Shown here one piece after another: positions 1 through 13,520 of a DNA stretch of 64,000 nucleotides. Source of the stretch: the human T2T-CHM13v2.0 reference genome, Homo sapiens; NCBI RefSeq assembly GCF_009914755.1, contig NC_060936.1; one strand, 5' to 3'. Position 1 is the first letter of the stretch, and the number at the start of each line of letters is the position of its first letter. The notes beneath the pieces are model-generated. The model saw nothing but the letters and a program-made list of their open reading frames with translations, made no database searches and had not been told where the DNA came from. The position numbers were made by a program, and so were the translations under genes.

Positions 1-622
1 ATCAATCCCTGACTTTTCCATTACTTTTGGCTGCCTCATTCAATTAATCCCACTTCTTGTAGATTCCTACAGATTCTTTCCATTTTCCCTTCTACTATAT
101 TAGTTTAGGCCACCAACGCAGTTCCACAGGATTAACACTAGAGCCTCTAAACTGCTCCCTTTTAGTGCCTACTCCACTGCAAATAGAATGATCTATCCAA
201 AACATAAGATAAAGTCCAAGCTCCTAAACATATATTAAGGCTAGGGTTTCTTTTATACTTCTGAGGCTCAACTTTTGCCACTTCCCACCTTGATTTCAAT
301 GTTCCAGTTAAACTGAACAGTTTAATTCCCCAGACAGTGACAGCAAGGCTATTCTTTGTCCTGGAATGCCCCTTCTCTGCCCAGCTCCCTATACCACTTA
401 TTTGCCTCGCCAATTCTTGCATATTCTGCCTTAATTTAGCTCTACATTCCAATTTTAATACTTATCAATAGTGGATGAGACTGAGTGAATCTAAAACCAT
501 TTCACTTTGCCATTTGTTTACTGTAGACTGCTTAAGTATAGGACAGTATCATTTCCATACGTCTCTAGTGCCCCATGTATCAAAATACCGACTGAAGAGT
601 GAACAATAAATAGAAGGCTCAC

Positions 623-809
623 CATGAATTCACTTTGGAGTAAATGTGAACTTGCCACGACGTCCCTCAGCTGAGACCTTGTGAGAATTCGGCTGGCTGA
701 CTGCAGATACTCCATTGCTACCTTCTCCCGTGGTGTTGGTATAGACACAAAGGGTTCAATGTTCCCCAAGCTACTCATGTCCAATGTAAGAGATACGTTG
801 GACCCTCTT
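623..809 (-). CDS. PTPRR: PTPRR exon (probably exon 7), (R)RGSNVSLTLDMSSLGNIEPFVSIPTPREKVAMEYLQSASRILTRSQLRDVVASSHLLQSEFM, 187 bp, phase 2-0; C-terminal half of the kinase interaction motif
   Basis: Lies within ORF 518..889. Completes the KIM GLQERRGSNVSLTLDM typical of PTPRR/PTPN5/PTPN7. Acceptor tgtAG at 810-811, donor ATG|GTGAGC at 622. Confidence 0.97.
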
Positions 810-1176
810 CTACATTGGAGAAGAATGTTATGTTTAAACACCACATACTTATTTTGATTGCAAAAACTTGTCTTTCTGTACATGCACACAATTCAGTGAG
901 AACTTTTACAGAAATAACAACCAACTATATTTTCTCTTTTAGTATCATGGTTGGCCATAGCAACTACCCATAGTTCCTTTACAGGAAAATAACAATTTTG
1001 TTGTTGGAAAGAACTCTAAATTGAGAAAATATGCTATAATTTATGAATGCATATACTTATTACAGAAATCATAGGTTGGCTAATAATATTAAGTGAAAAA
1101 TTAAGTAAAAAAAAATTAGGAAAAGCTATATCTATATCTATATCTTCTGAGTGAATACCTAAAAAATGGCTTCTGG

Positions 1177-1492
1177 GGCCAGATGAGGTAGTTCATGACT
1201 GCAATCCCAGCACTTTGGGAGGCTGAGGTGGGTGGATTGCCTGAGTTCAGGAGTTCAAGACCAACCTGGGCAACATGGTAAAACCCTGTCTCTACAAAAC
1301 ATACAAAAAGTAGCTGGATGTGGTGACCCACACTTGTAGTCTCAGCTACTAGGGAGGCTGAGGTGAGAGAATCATTTGAGCCCGGGGGGTTGAGGCTGCA
1401 GTGAGCCGTGATGGTGCCACTGTACTCCAGCCTGGGCAGCAGAGAGAGACCTTGGCTCTAAAATAAATAAATAAAACAATAGATAAAAATAA
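1177..1492 (+). mobile_element. Alu (old, AluJ-like)
   Basis: Dimeric Alu with A-rich tail and TSD-like flanks aaaaa(a/g)atggcttctg. Confidence 0.92.
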
Positions 1493-3625
1493 AAAAAGAT
1501 GGCTTCTGTATCCTCTATTTATGTGTATATGTATGCACGCGTATGTGAATTGACACACGAATTCATTTAATTTTGTGGTAAACTTATAAGGGGCCATAGA
1601 AATCACAGACCCTTAAAATGAGTTACAATTTATCTTCCTCTCATAATTCCCCTTTTCCCGCTGGGGGGCAAGGGGATGCTCTTACAACTTACACAGACCC
1701 TGAGTCCTGAGTAGGAAGTGAGGATGCCTTTTACAAGTAATATTAGCTGTGTGGACCAAGGGGTAACTATGAAATAGCATGTGAGAGACTGAGGATTGAA
1801 GTCAGAGATGGTGTTTACAAAAACTGTTACATTTAAAGGGGCCGTAGGTGTGTGTCAGATCAAATATAGTGCCAAGCAGTTGGCGGCTCAAGGAAGTAGA
1901 GAGCAGGGAAAAACAGGCCAAAATATGTGAGAGTAAAGACAGTAAGAGTAGATGCTAGGCCCAGCAAATTATTCCCTCTGGTATTTTAATACTTACTCTG
2001 GAATGCGACATTAAGAAATATTACAGTGGCTTGAGCTTAATTTCAAACAGTGGAAAATTATTGGAATATACAACAACAACAACAAAATCCATTAACGAAA
2101 ATCTATCAGTTTTCTTCTCTGATGAATCTGCCTCTGGTTGCATTTTTGTTGTCATTCTATAATTTGATATGTAATGTCATTTTTGTTAATTTCTAAATGG
2201 TTTGTAATTGAGATTTTAATTTCTACTTTAATTTGATGGATATCTGTAAGTTTAGACATTTATTTTCCTTATAATTTCTAGTTATAGTTGTGGAAATTAG
2301 AGAATGGCTGGCCTTTTAATGGTTGAAACTACTTGATTTTTTTTCGAGATAAACACTACATCATTTTCTAAATATTTCACAGATGTTTTGCTGGCATCTA
2401 GTTTGATTATCTGTATATGTTCATAAGTATCTATCTGCACATATATACATATATATCACCTTATTTATTATACCATTATTTTATTGAAGATATTACTTTA
2501 TTCCAACCTATTCTTTCCTTCCTTTTTTTTTTTCTACTGGATTTGTCAAAGCCTGAGATATGTATGTGAGTCTTCCACAATAATTATGCTTGTTATTTTT
2601 CCTTCTAACAGTTTTTACCTTGTACATTGCAGCCATTGTGTTATTTGAAGGGATTTAGTCATATCTTCACTATAAATGTTACCAATATTACTTTCTTTCC
2701 TGTTAATTTTATATTTGCCCTCACATCTGGCTTTAAAAAATGAATATTGATATGCCTATATGTTTTGGGGGGTATGTTTCTGAAAACTTTTTCTCATCCT
2801 ATTATTCTTCTTAACTCTTTTGGATCACTGGGTTAGGGATTAGGGAATAGCATTTATTCTAGATGCTCATAAAATCCTGCCTACCTAATAGAGGGATATT
2901 TTTCCCACTCCACTTTTTCTTATTTGGTTTTTGGTGGTGGTTGATAGGGTTCCTGTGCTTCTGAGTAGGAGGCAAATAGTTGAAGAAGAGCAAAGAATGG
3001 TTCTACTCATGGACCAAGAATTTAATCTATTTTTAGTGGGAAAGTAGTTTTTAAAGTTTTTCAGTTCAGTTCTGGACTTCAAATTGATAGAAAATCCTTA
3101 CGGATTCTGATAATAGTTTGCCGATTGGTCTTAATATTTAGGGCATTTGTGAGAATTCAGCTTTTGCAAGCTTTATAGATATTTTAGTATGAAGGTGAGA
3201 GAGGCCGCTTAAGGGATGGCTAGTCCTATGCCCTTTAAAATCACCATGCCATTCAGTCAAATTTTCAGCCTCAAGAGACAAAATTGTCTGCCCTCTGTCA
3301 ATGGAGTGATGCTTGTGCTATAGATGGTGAGATCTCTTCCATCTGGAGTGGTCAGAGCAGATTCATGAGGTAGAAGTCATTTAAGTTGGGCTTTGAAAGC
3401 AAACGTTTAATAGGTGAGTTTTTGGTCTAGAGTTAAAGAATCTGGTAGGAAAAAAAGTGTAGGAGAATAAATTAATACAACTTTGAAGAACAGCATAGAA
3501 GCAGTTTGAGCTAGAGTTCTCTTGTATAAAAATGTATTTTGAAATTGGGGAGCAGGCTTATGTAAGAGAGATGAGAGAGAAGCAACAGTCATAGACACTA
3601 TAAGACTATAAAAAGCCCAAAAATA

Positions 3626-3949
3626 GTCCAGGGATGTTGGCTCACATCTGTAATCCCAGCACTTTGGGAGACTGAGGCAGGAGGATCACTTGAGGCCAGG
3701 AGTTTGAGACTGGCTTGGGCAACATAGCAAGACCCTGTCTCTACAAAAAATAAAATAGCTAAGTGTTGTGGTGCTTGCCTGTAGTCTCAGCTATTCGGGA
3801 GGATGAGGCCGGAAGATTGCTTGAGCCCAGGAGTTCGAGGCTGCAGTGAGGTAAGATTGCACCACTGTCGTACGCCAGGTTGGGTGACAGAGTGAGACCC
3901 CATGTCAAAAATAAATAAATAAATAAATACATAAATAACGAAAAAAAAA
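3626..3949 (+). mobile_element. Alu (AluJ-like)
   Basis: Dimeric Alu sequence with (TAAA)n tail. Confidence 0.92.
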
Positions 3950-6900
3950 GCCAGATAAAAGAGGATCCAGAACATCATCAGGGTGTATTAATTTCTGTTT
4001 TGACTTCCCACAGTATACGCTGCCTAAACCTGGGAGATTAGAAGCCTTTGACATCCCGTGTCTAAGGTCTATTTGATTTAATGAGTTAATTTTCTAAGGA
4101 TTCTGTGGTAAGCAGAGAGCTGTGGAAGCATTTTCATGCTAACTGACTTAAATAATAACCATTTATATATTACAGTCAGAAAGACATTTCAAAAACAAGA
4201 TAAACATATAAACTTATGGGAAAATTCTAATTAAGACGTATAAAAAAATTGACAGAATTTAGAAAAAAAATCAACATAAATAATAGGAGAACTATACCTT
4301 TAATAAAAAAGGAATGTGGAAAGCAAGAAAACGAACTCTACTGAAAGCTTTACTTTTATTTTGTCTTGGAACTGTGGGCAAACTGTTTAGCCTTTTTAAT
4401 GCCTCATGATTGCTGTTGGACAAAAGGGAACATAATAAAAAGCTTTATCAAGCTCCTGCTGCAGCACCAATTATTATTTATGCCAAAAAATAAATAAGAG
4501 GGAGGAAATTCAAAAGATACCAATGCAAACAATTGAAGGAAAAAGCAAATTCTTAGGGAAAGGTAAAAGGAATGCAATAAACAGCATGCTAATTATAATT
4601 AACTAAAAAGGAAAATATGTATAAATATTATGGGCCAGGGCGACACATCCATTTCAGCAAGAGAATATAAACAACTTTGGGTCAAAATTGTTCAATTCTT
4701 ATGACATCAGTTTCTAATGACTTAGAGGTGGGAAGAAAACGTAGCTAAAAATACAGTAACATTACAACTGAGTGTTGGAATAACTCAGAAACCAGGCATT
4801 TATTTTCCCGGTAGTTGGGGACCATAATGCTAGATTTTAGAAGCTGAATTTAGGAAGAAAGGGCTAAAATTTCTAGTATCATGTCTACGGGCTCTAATTC
4901 TCAGACATGCTACTTTTTTTGCAGTACTTTGGTCACTGAGAACAGTGAGACTTCAAGCAGTATACCTCATTTAGCAACCAATAAAGAATGGAAATGGAAG
5001 AGGACAAAATGAAACAGATGATCATTTTTTCTTGTAGTCCCGGAAGATGTACTTTTGAAACTGTTGGATTATGAAATTAAGTTTCAGTGGGAAATGGTGG
5101 CAGCTGCTTATCTTGAAATACTTGAAATGAGAACGGAAAAATATGGATTTTAAAGATTATAAGAAGAATTTAGTACAGAATGAAAGCAAACAGATTTGAC
5201 TTCCGAGATTTTTTTTTTTGGTTCTGTAAAAAGTATATATAATTTGTCTGGAGTTGTCTTCATTAGTGTACACGTCAAATCTTATGTGGTGAGAAGCAAG
5301 AACTTTAATGTTGATGTTGTCTTCAGAACTGAAAATGTGATCTTGAATCCTTTAGTCCAACTATTCATCCTTGTGTGTTACAGTGGCCATGAATCTGACA
5401 ATCTTGGCTTGATCATAAAAGGTGACCTTAAACCCTCTCACCCACAACTTATTTAATTTTGCACATACAATTTTTCTACATAGTTTTCTAGAATAACTCT
5501 ACTTAAACAGAATGAAAAAGGAAAAAAAAAACAAGTTTTTGCTCATTTGAATAACAAAGGAGACAAAAGTGGAGAAATGGAGAGATGGAATTCTTTTACT
5601 TTGTGTGGACTGAGTGGCATAGGCAGTTTTTGCAACTCCCAATTCTATGACTTTTAAGTTCCGAGGTTAATGGCATTTAATAATGTTATGCTGTTTCCAT
5701 CTCTTTATCTTCCAGTAAATTATACATAGTACCAACCCTCTTTCTGGATCACTTGAAAGATGATAGGATAAAACAGAAATAAACACGGACCACTAGGAAA
5801 GTTAAATTGTGACATAAATGGAGTGTTACCAATTTCGAGAACTGAAATAAATGAGTAGGTATTGTGACCATTCATAATAAAATTTCCCAAAGGAAATCCT
5901 GAAGGGAAGAAATAATAATAAATATAAAAGATGCCAGGCATGAACCCAGGAAGATGATATATGAATTTCACCCTAAAGTAAAAAGAAAATCTTTTAACAT
6001 AGAGAACATTTTTAGTGTAGGAAATGATCCATTTTCCTACCTGAAAGGACCTACACCTCACTAGGTAGAATGTTGCTATGCCTTTTGATTGAATCTATAA
6101 AAGTTTTGAATTCATAAAAAGATGTCTGACCTTTTATATGTGTATAGGACAAGGCAAAATTTACTACACCCTTATTTTACAAAAAAAATTCAAAACAATC
6201 ATTTAAAAGAACCAGATACATTGAACTTGTCACATTACTCTTGAAATATTGACCTTGGAAAATGCGTTCAATCATTGTTCTGCATTTCGCTTAAGCAACT
6301 TGGACCTTAGACTGCATAATCTGCAAATGGGAATAATAATAAAACTCACAAAATTGACTCACACCATAAAAGATAAATAAGCAAGAATATGTGAATACTT
6401 CCACCCTAATGTCTGGGATATAATAAACATATATGAATTATTATCATAATTAATAATAACATGGTGATTTTTGCTTCACTCTCTATTTACACAGCTATGT
6501 GGGAGCTACATGAGTACACACTGATGAACATTTGAGGGAGGTAAAGTTGAGAAAATTGGTTAGTGATTAAGAGTTAGCAGCAGTATCACACATGCAAAAT
6601 CAATGGTCGTCTAAGTTGGGACTATTTTTCATACTTCAAGTCCTTAACATTTATACCTAATGTCTTTAAAGTTAACAATGTTTTCATGATTCAAAAATAA
6701 TGCATGTTAACTAAAGCTAAAAATAGAGATTTTACAAATTTCATAATACCCATATTTAGAGTAACTGCTAAGAACATTTTTTGTGTATGTCCTTCAAGTC
6801 CTTATATGTATGACAAAAATCTAGATTTTTATTCAATATATTCTTTTATGATTTACTTTTAAAAAAAGGAAGTAGGCACAGAACCATTGCATATGATTTA

Positions 6901-8298
6901 CTTTTTAAAAAAACTATATCATGAATGTCTTTTCATGTCCTCAAATTTTTTTAAACACTGTTTTCAAACATTTGATAGTATCCCATTATTGAGATGTGTC
7001 ATAGTTATTTAACCAATACTTTATTTTTGGACATTGAGTCATTTTCAATTTTTTCACCATTATAAACAAAACTGTAATGAACATCCTTGTACTTCAATGT
7101 TTGTGCATTTCCCTAATTACTTTTCAGTCAAGAAGTCTTAAAAACTAACTCAAAATCTCTTGAGTTTGGAGAAGTCAGTGGGCACTCGCAGTGTGGAAGA
7201 GGCATGAAGACAGACTCTTGGAGCTCGCTGATATTGACGTAGCTCAAACTCTCTTCCTCTTTGGTTCAGACCTTTGCAGTTGTTCCTTAGCAAGGCTTCC
7301 TAACTCTAAAATCTCCTAGTTCAGTAGATTTTTTCCAGATTTCACTGGAATATCTGAGCACTGAAAATATGATAAAACCCGCAAGTAGCTACCCTTTTGA
7401 CGTAAGATGCTTCCTAATCTATCTACTGTGTATTTCTCCATCCTCATCTCCTGTCACATTCTCATCCGGACCTGTGTCCCAGGCAGACAATCTACCTGCA
7501 GTTCTGTTCTCTATGCCTCAAATGTGCTTGCCCCAACACTTTCAGGTTCAATCCTCCAAATGCCAGGGGCTCTTTCCTCTGAGACTTCCTAGCAATTTTC
7601 CCAATATGTATCCAATATATATCATATTCACTAGAAATGATTTGCAGTAAAGTGTGAACACATTGAGGCCAAAGACTTTGACTTGAGTTCTCCTGTTGTA
7701 CCCAGTCATGAACAGATGGAGAGCAACACTTTTGGCATCTGCGTGGATGAATAGTTGCAAATGAATTGGTTAGGGGGATGCTATATGTAATTACTGTGCT
7801 TTGACGGTTTTTCCAGTCCTCTGAAAATACAGGAATTGGGGGGACTATATTAAACAGGAGTCTGAAAATTTGGAGTGTAGAAGCCAAGCTTACATAGGTA
7901 AATGTTACAGTTGTGATTCAGTTTGAATCTTGTTTAAGCATCAATAAAGTCTGAGCATTAACATCCTAAAGTTACATCCTATGTTAATTTTATTCAGAAA
8001 AAGGAAGAAAATGTACTGCTTTGTTTTGTAACCAAGGATGATTAATTTTTACTCCTTTTTTTTTTGTCATTTGGTATTGTTTTGACTGTCACTCATGGTG
8101 AGGAGGCTGTTTCCCTTTCAACAAAATAACAAAATGATAGTAGTTCTATTTTTAGTTCCTAAGTTAATTTTTCCTAGTTTATATAATTATTTAAGAAAAA
8201 GATGCTAAAAAAATTAATAAATCTCAATGACTAAGCCATTCCTTGTGAAATGAGAAGTCTTCTTTGAATTTCAGCTGATTTAAATATAAATACAAATA

Positions 8299-8301
<3 letters not shown>

Positions 8302-8331
<30 letters not shown>
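8302..8331. repeat. (CA)n microsatellite
   Basis: Direct inspection. Confidence 0.95.
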
Positions 8332-8333
<2 letters not shown>

Positions 8334-8449
8334 CATTTTCTAAGTAGCACAATACAATGAATAACCTCCTGTCTCTTTATGCAATCAACTACCAAAGAAC
8401 CCTTTTAATCCTGATCATTACAAATAAATTAAATATATTCATTTATTTG

Positions 8450-11113
8450 TAAGGCCAGAAATGACACCTATTGTCCTGATACCAAAACCTGGCAGAGATT
8501 CAATAAAAAAAGAAAACTTCTGGCCAGTATCCTTGATGAACATTGATACACTAATCCTCAATAAAATACTGGCAAACGAAATCCAGCAGCACATCAAAAA
8601 GCTTACCCACTGTGATCAAGTAGGCTTTATCCTGGGATGCAAGGTTGGTTCAACATATACAAATCAATAAATGTAATTCATCACATAAGCAGAACTAAAG
8701 ACAAAATCACATGACCATCTCAATAGATACAGAAAAGAATAAAATTCAACATCCATTCATGTTAAAAACTCTTAATAAACTAGGTACTAAAGGAGCATAC
8801 CTCAAAATACTAAGAGCCATATATGACAAACCCACAGTCAACATCATACTTGAATGGGCAAAAGCCGGAAGCATTCCCCTTGAAAATCAGCACAAGACAA
8901 GAATGCTTTCACCACTTGTAGTCAACATAGTATTGGATGTCCTGGCCAGAGAAATCAGGCAAGAGGAAGAAATAAAGAGCATTCAAATAGGAAAAGAGGA
9001 AGTAAACTATCCCTGTTTGCAGATGACATGATCCTGTTTGCAGATGACATGATCCTATATCTAGAAAACCCAGAGTTTCAGCCCAGAAGCTTCTGAAGCG
9101 AATAAACAACTTCAGCAAAGTTTCAGGATACAAAATCAATGTGCAATGTGCAAAAATCACTAGCATTCTTGTACACCAACAACAGTCAAGCCAAGAGGCA
9201 AATCAGGAATGAACTCCCATTCACAATTGCCCCAAAAGGATAAAATACCTAGGAATACAGCTAACTAGGGAGATGAAAGACTTCTACAAGGAGAACTGCA
9301 AAACACTGCTCAAGTAAATCAGAGATGATACAAACAAATGGAAAAACATTCCACGTTCATGTATAGGAAGAATTAATATTATTAAAATGGCCATACTACC
9401 CAAAATGATTTATAGATTCAATGATGGCACTTAATATTAATTAAGCCAAGTTTGTAAGAAATGGCTTACCTGAATTATCTCATTTAACTGTTACAACAAT
9501 TTTTGAGAAAGACTATTCACAGAACTAGAAAAACTATTTTAAAATTCATATGGAACCAAAAAGGAGCCCAAATAGCCAAGACAATCCTGAGCAAAAAGAA
9601 CAAAGCTGGAGGCATCATGCTACCTGACTTCAAACTATACTACAGGGCTACAGTAACCAAAACAGCACAGTACTGGGACAAAAACAGACACGGAGACCAA
9701 TGGAACAGAATAGAGATGCCAGAAATAAGGCTGCACGTCTACAACTATTTGATCTTCAACAAATCTGACAAAAACAAGCAATGGGAAAGTATTCCCTATT
9801 CAGTAAATGGTGCTGGGAGAACTGACTAGCCATATGCAGAAAATTAAAACTGGACTCCTTCCTTATATCATATACAAAAATTAACTCAAGATGGCTTAAA
9901 CACTTAAATGTAAAAACCCAAACTATAAAAATCCTTTAAGAAAATCCAGACAATACCATTCAAGCCATAGGCAAGGACATAGGCATTTCATGATGAAGAT
10001 GTCAAAAATGATTTCAACAAAAGGAAAAATTGACAAATGGGATTTAATTAAACCAAAGAGCTTCTGCACAGCAAAAGAAACTATCAACAGAGTATAACAG
10101 ACAACCTACAGAATGGGGGAAAATTTTTGCCAACTCTGCATCAGACAAAGGTCTAATATCCAGCATCTATAAGGAACCTTAACAAATTTACAAGAAAAAA
10201 AATCTCATTAAAAGGTGATCAAAGGACAGGAACAGACACTTCCCAAAAGAAGATATAGGTGCAGTCAACAATCATATGAAAAAAATCTCAACATCACTGA
10301 TAATTAGAGAAACGCAAATCAAAACCATAATGAGATACCCTCTCACACCAGTTAGAATGGCTACTATTAAAAAGTCAAAAAATGACATATGCTGGCAAGG
10401 TTGTGGAGAAAAAGGAACGCTTATACACTGTTGGTGGGAGTGTAAATTAATTCAACCATTGTGAAAGACACGGTGGCAATTCCTTAAAGACCTATAGACA
10501 GAAATATCATTCGACCCAGCAATCCCATATACCCAAAGGAATATAAATTGCTCTATTATAAAGACACATTCACACATATGTTCATTGCAGCGCTATTCAC
10601 AACAGCAAAGACATGGAATCAACCTAAATGCCCAGTAATGATGGACTGGATAAAGAAAATGTGCTACATATACACCATGTAATACTATGCAGCCATAAAA
10701 AAAGAACGAGATTATGTCCTTTGCAGGGACATGGATGGGTCTGGAGGCCATTAGCCTTAGCAAACTAACACAGGAACAGAAAATCAAACACTGTATATTC
10801 TCCCTTATAAGTGGGTGCTAAATGATGAGAACACATGGATATGTAGAGGGGAAAAACACACACTGGAGCCTATTGGAGGGTAGAGAGTGGGAGGAGGAAG
10901 AGGATCAGGAAAAATAACTAAGGGGTAGTAGGATTATTTAGTATATTTATATTTAGTATATTTATTTATATTTAGGGGTAGTAGGATAACTAAGGGGTAG
11001 TAGGTATTAACCTGGGCGATGAAATAATGTGTACAACAAACCCCCATGACACAAGTTTATCTACGTAACAAACCTGCACATGTACCCCTGAACTTAACAT
11101 AGAAGTCAAAAAA
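8450..11113 (+). mobile_element. 5'-truncated primate L1 (older L1PA type), ORF2 RT/C-terminal remnant plus 3' UTR, antisense to PTPRR
   Basis: ORFs at 8461, 8711, 9503 and 10276 translate to L1 ORF2 pieces ([45 protein letters not shown]). Recognisable L1 3' UTR. Many stops and frameshifts. Confidence 0.95.
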
Positions 11114-12360
11114 GAGCCCTTTATTTTAATTCCAAATCCTTAAATTTGTTTTTAGTCATTGGAAAGAAACATTTATAAAGTTAAGTATTCACAAAGAAAA
11201 TTTTTACATTTATGCCAAGGATTATATATTTTTAAAAGTACCCTTTAATATCTATCTGAAAGATTCTAGATTCCATCTCAGTCATTTGATATAAAAAGCA
11301 GATATCTTAAGTCATTAAGCAGGGTACATCAAGGTCTGCCTTTACCTAAAATGAACTCTCAATCAAAATTATGAAAATCTACTCTCTCCAGAGTTTCTCC
11401 AAATGTTTACCCAAGAACAGTAAGTTATTTAAATATACATCTCTGTGTTTGTTCAGTGTTCATTTAAAAGTGTACCACCCGCCATGTAATCGTGGGCTTT
11501 GGTCAGTTAGGTGCTTTGCAAATAAACCAGGATGACCTTTGCTCCCTACAAGTCACTGGCCTTTCACCTTGGAATTTCAGAGTAGGGAGTGGCTTCTTTT
11601 TGGCCAGTGGAGAGTCAATGACTTTGCTGGGTTACTCTGTGGCCACAGATTATATTTAAAGTATCATCAGTCTTCAGGTGGAAGGAAGGAAGGCGCCAAT
11701 TACCTGGAAGGGCTGTGTTAGAATTAAATGAAGAGAATGCACTTGATTTGATCACCGTGATCAGATTCTTGCCAGTATAAATACACAATCATGTTATCGG
11801 TGATGCCTAGTACATGGATGAATGCCTAAATATAAATTATTTAACACAGTTGCCAATAGTTAAAATAAACCTCTCCCCATAAGTAACTGGGATTTGTTGA
11901 TTTGATGCCATTCATAATAATTCATTTTTTTCTGGGTCCTTCCTCATCCAGTGTCAGATAAAATAATTGCAAGATAACCCTGAAAATCAAATAGCCATTC
12001 ACTCAAGTGCAGATATTAGGCATACCAGATGAAGTAAAGAGTTTTTATTTTTGATACTGTGTTTTATTATCTATATTATGTCCAAGGAGCAGATAGACTG
12101 GTAAAAAATAAGTATTTCTGGAATGCAAAATATACACATTTTAGAGTGAACTGAAATTTGTCACGTAAAGGACGTTTTTATGCTTGCTATAAGAAATATA
12201 TCCCTTTGCTTTTCCAGAAATAAAAATGTTCTAAATTAGCATGCTTTAACCAAATCAAACAAAATGAAAAAATGCCCAGAAGCAATTCCCAACCAATTTT
12301 ATATAATATTAATGAGTAATATTTATGATAGAAAACTAAAGTTATATATACTCCCTCCTC

Positions 12361-13344
12361 TTTTTTATTGAGATCAACTTATGTACAATAAAATTCACAT
12401 TTCCAAAGTGTAAAATTCAATGGTTTTTATTATAGTCACTTAGTTGTATAAGCATCACTACAATAAATTTTAAAGCATTTTCCTCACTCCCCCCAAAAAA
12501 ATTCTCCCTGCTCACTGGCAGTTACTCTGTATTTCTCTCTCTCTCCAGGCTCTAGAAACCACTAATATACATGCTGTGTCTGTAGATTTACCTGCTTTGG
12601 ACATTTCGTATAAATGGAATCATACAACGTATGGCCTCTTGTGTCTTGTCTGACTTCTTTTACGTAGCATAAATGTTTTCACGGTTCATCCATGTTGTAG
12701 CATCTATCAGTACTACATTCCTTTTCATGGCACAATATAGTCCATTGTATGGATACACCCACATTTTGTGTATTCATTCATCAGTTGATAGACATTTGGG
12801 TTGTTTCTACTTTTGGCTAGTATGAATTATTTTGCTACGAACATTTGTGTTTAAGTTTTGCATGAACATATGTTTTCATTTCTTTTGGGTATACACCTAG
12901 GAATGGAATTTCTGGGTTATATGGTAACTACATTTAACTTTTTGAGAAACTACCAAATTCTTTTCCAAAGTGGCTGTACCATTTTATGTTTCCATCTGCA
13001 ATGTCTGAGATTTCCAATTTCTCCACATTCTTGCTAATACTTGCTGCTGCCTTTTTTTTTTTTTTTTTTAATAATAGCCATCCTAGTAGGTGTGAAGTGT
13101 ATCTCATTGTGGCTTTGGTTACATTTCCCTAATGACTGACAATGTTGAGCATGTTTTCTTTGGCTTACTGGACATTTATATATATTCTGTGGATAAATGC
13201 CTAATGAAATCCTTGGCCCATTTTTAATTTGGGTTGTCTTTTTATTTTGTGTTGTAAAATTATGTATATATTCTGGACACTAGACCCTTATTACATATAT
13301 GCCTTCCCATTCTATGAATTGTCTTTTCACTTTCTGATAGTATT
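12361..13344 (-). mobile_element. Old L1 (L1M-type) 3' end fragment
   Basis: Typical antisense L1M 3' motifs: ttcatccatgttgtagc, gacatttgggttgtttc, tatctcattgtgg. Confidence 0.8.
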
Positions 13345-13520
13345 TGTGATGATTAATTTTATATGTCAAGTTGAGTGGGCCATGGTTTGCCTGGGTATTT
13401 GGTCAAACCTTATTGTGGGTGTTTCTCTGAGCGTGTTTTGGATGAGAGCAACATTTACATTGGAAGACGGAGTGAAGCAGAGCAACCCTCCTAATGTAGT
13501 AGGTCTTATCCCATCAGTTA
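13345..13520. mobile_element. MLT2 (ERVL) LTR fragment
   Basis: Begins tgtgatgattaattttatatgtcaa, resembling the MLT2 terminus. Confidence 0.7.

Noticed and set aside
4430-7900. Possible processed pseudogene or nested gene in repeat-poor sequence
   Set aside because: I see no recognisable protein similarity, poly-A/TSD signature or consistent exon structure.
8461-10464. ORFs with reverse transcriptase similarity as a possible active or domesticated RT system
   Set aside because: They are fragmented pieces of an ordinary 5'-truncated L1 ORF2 with many stops and frameshifts.
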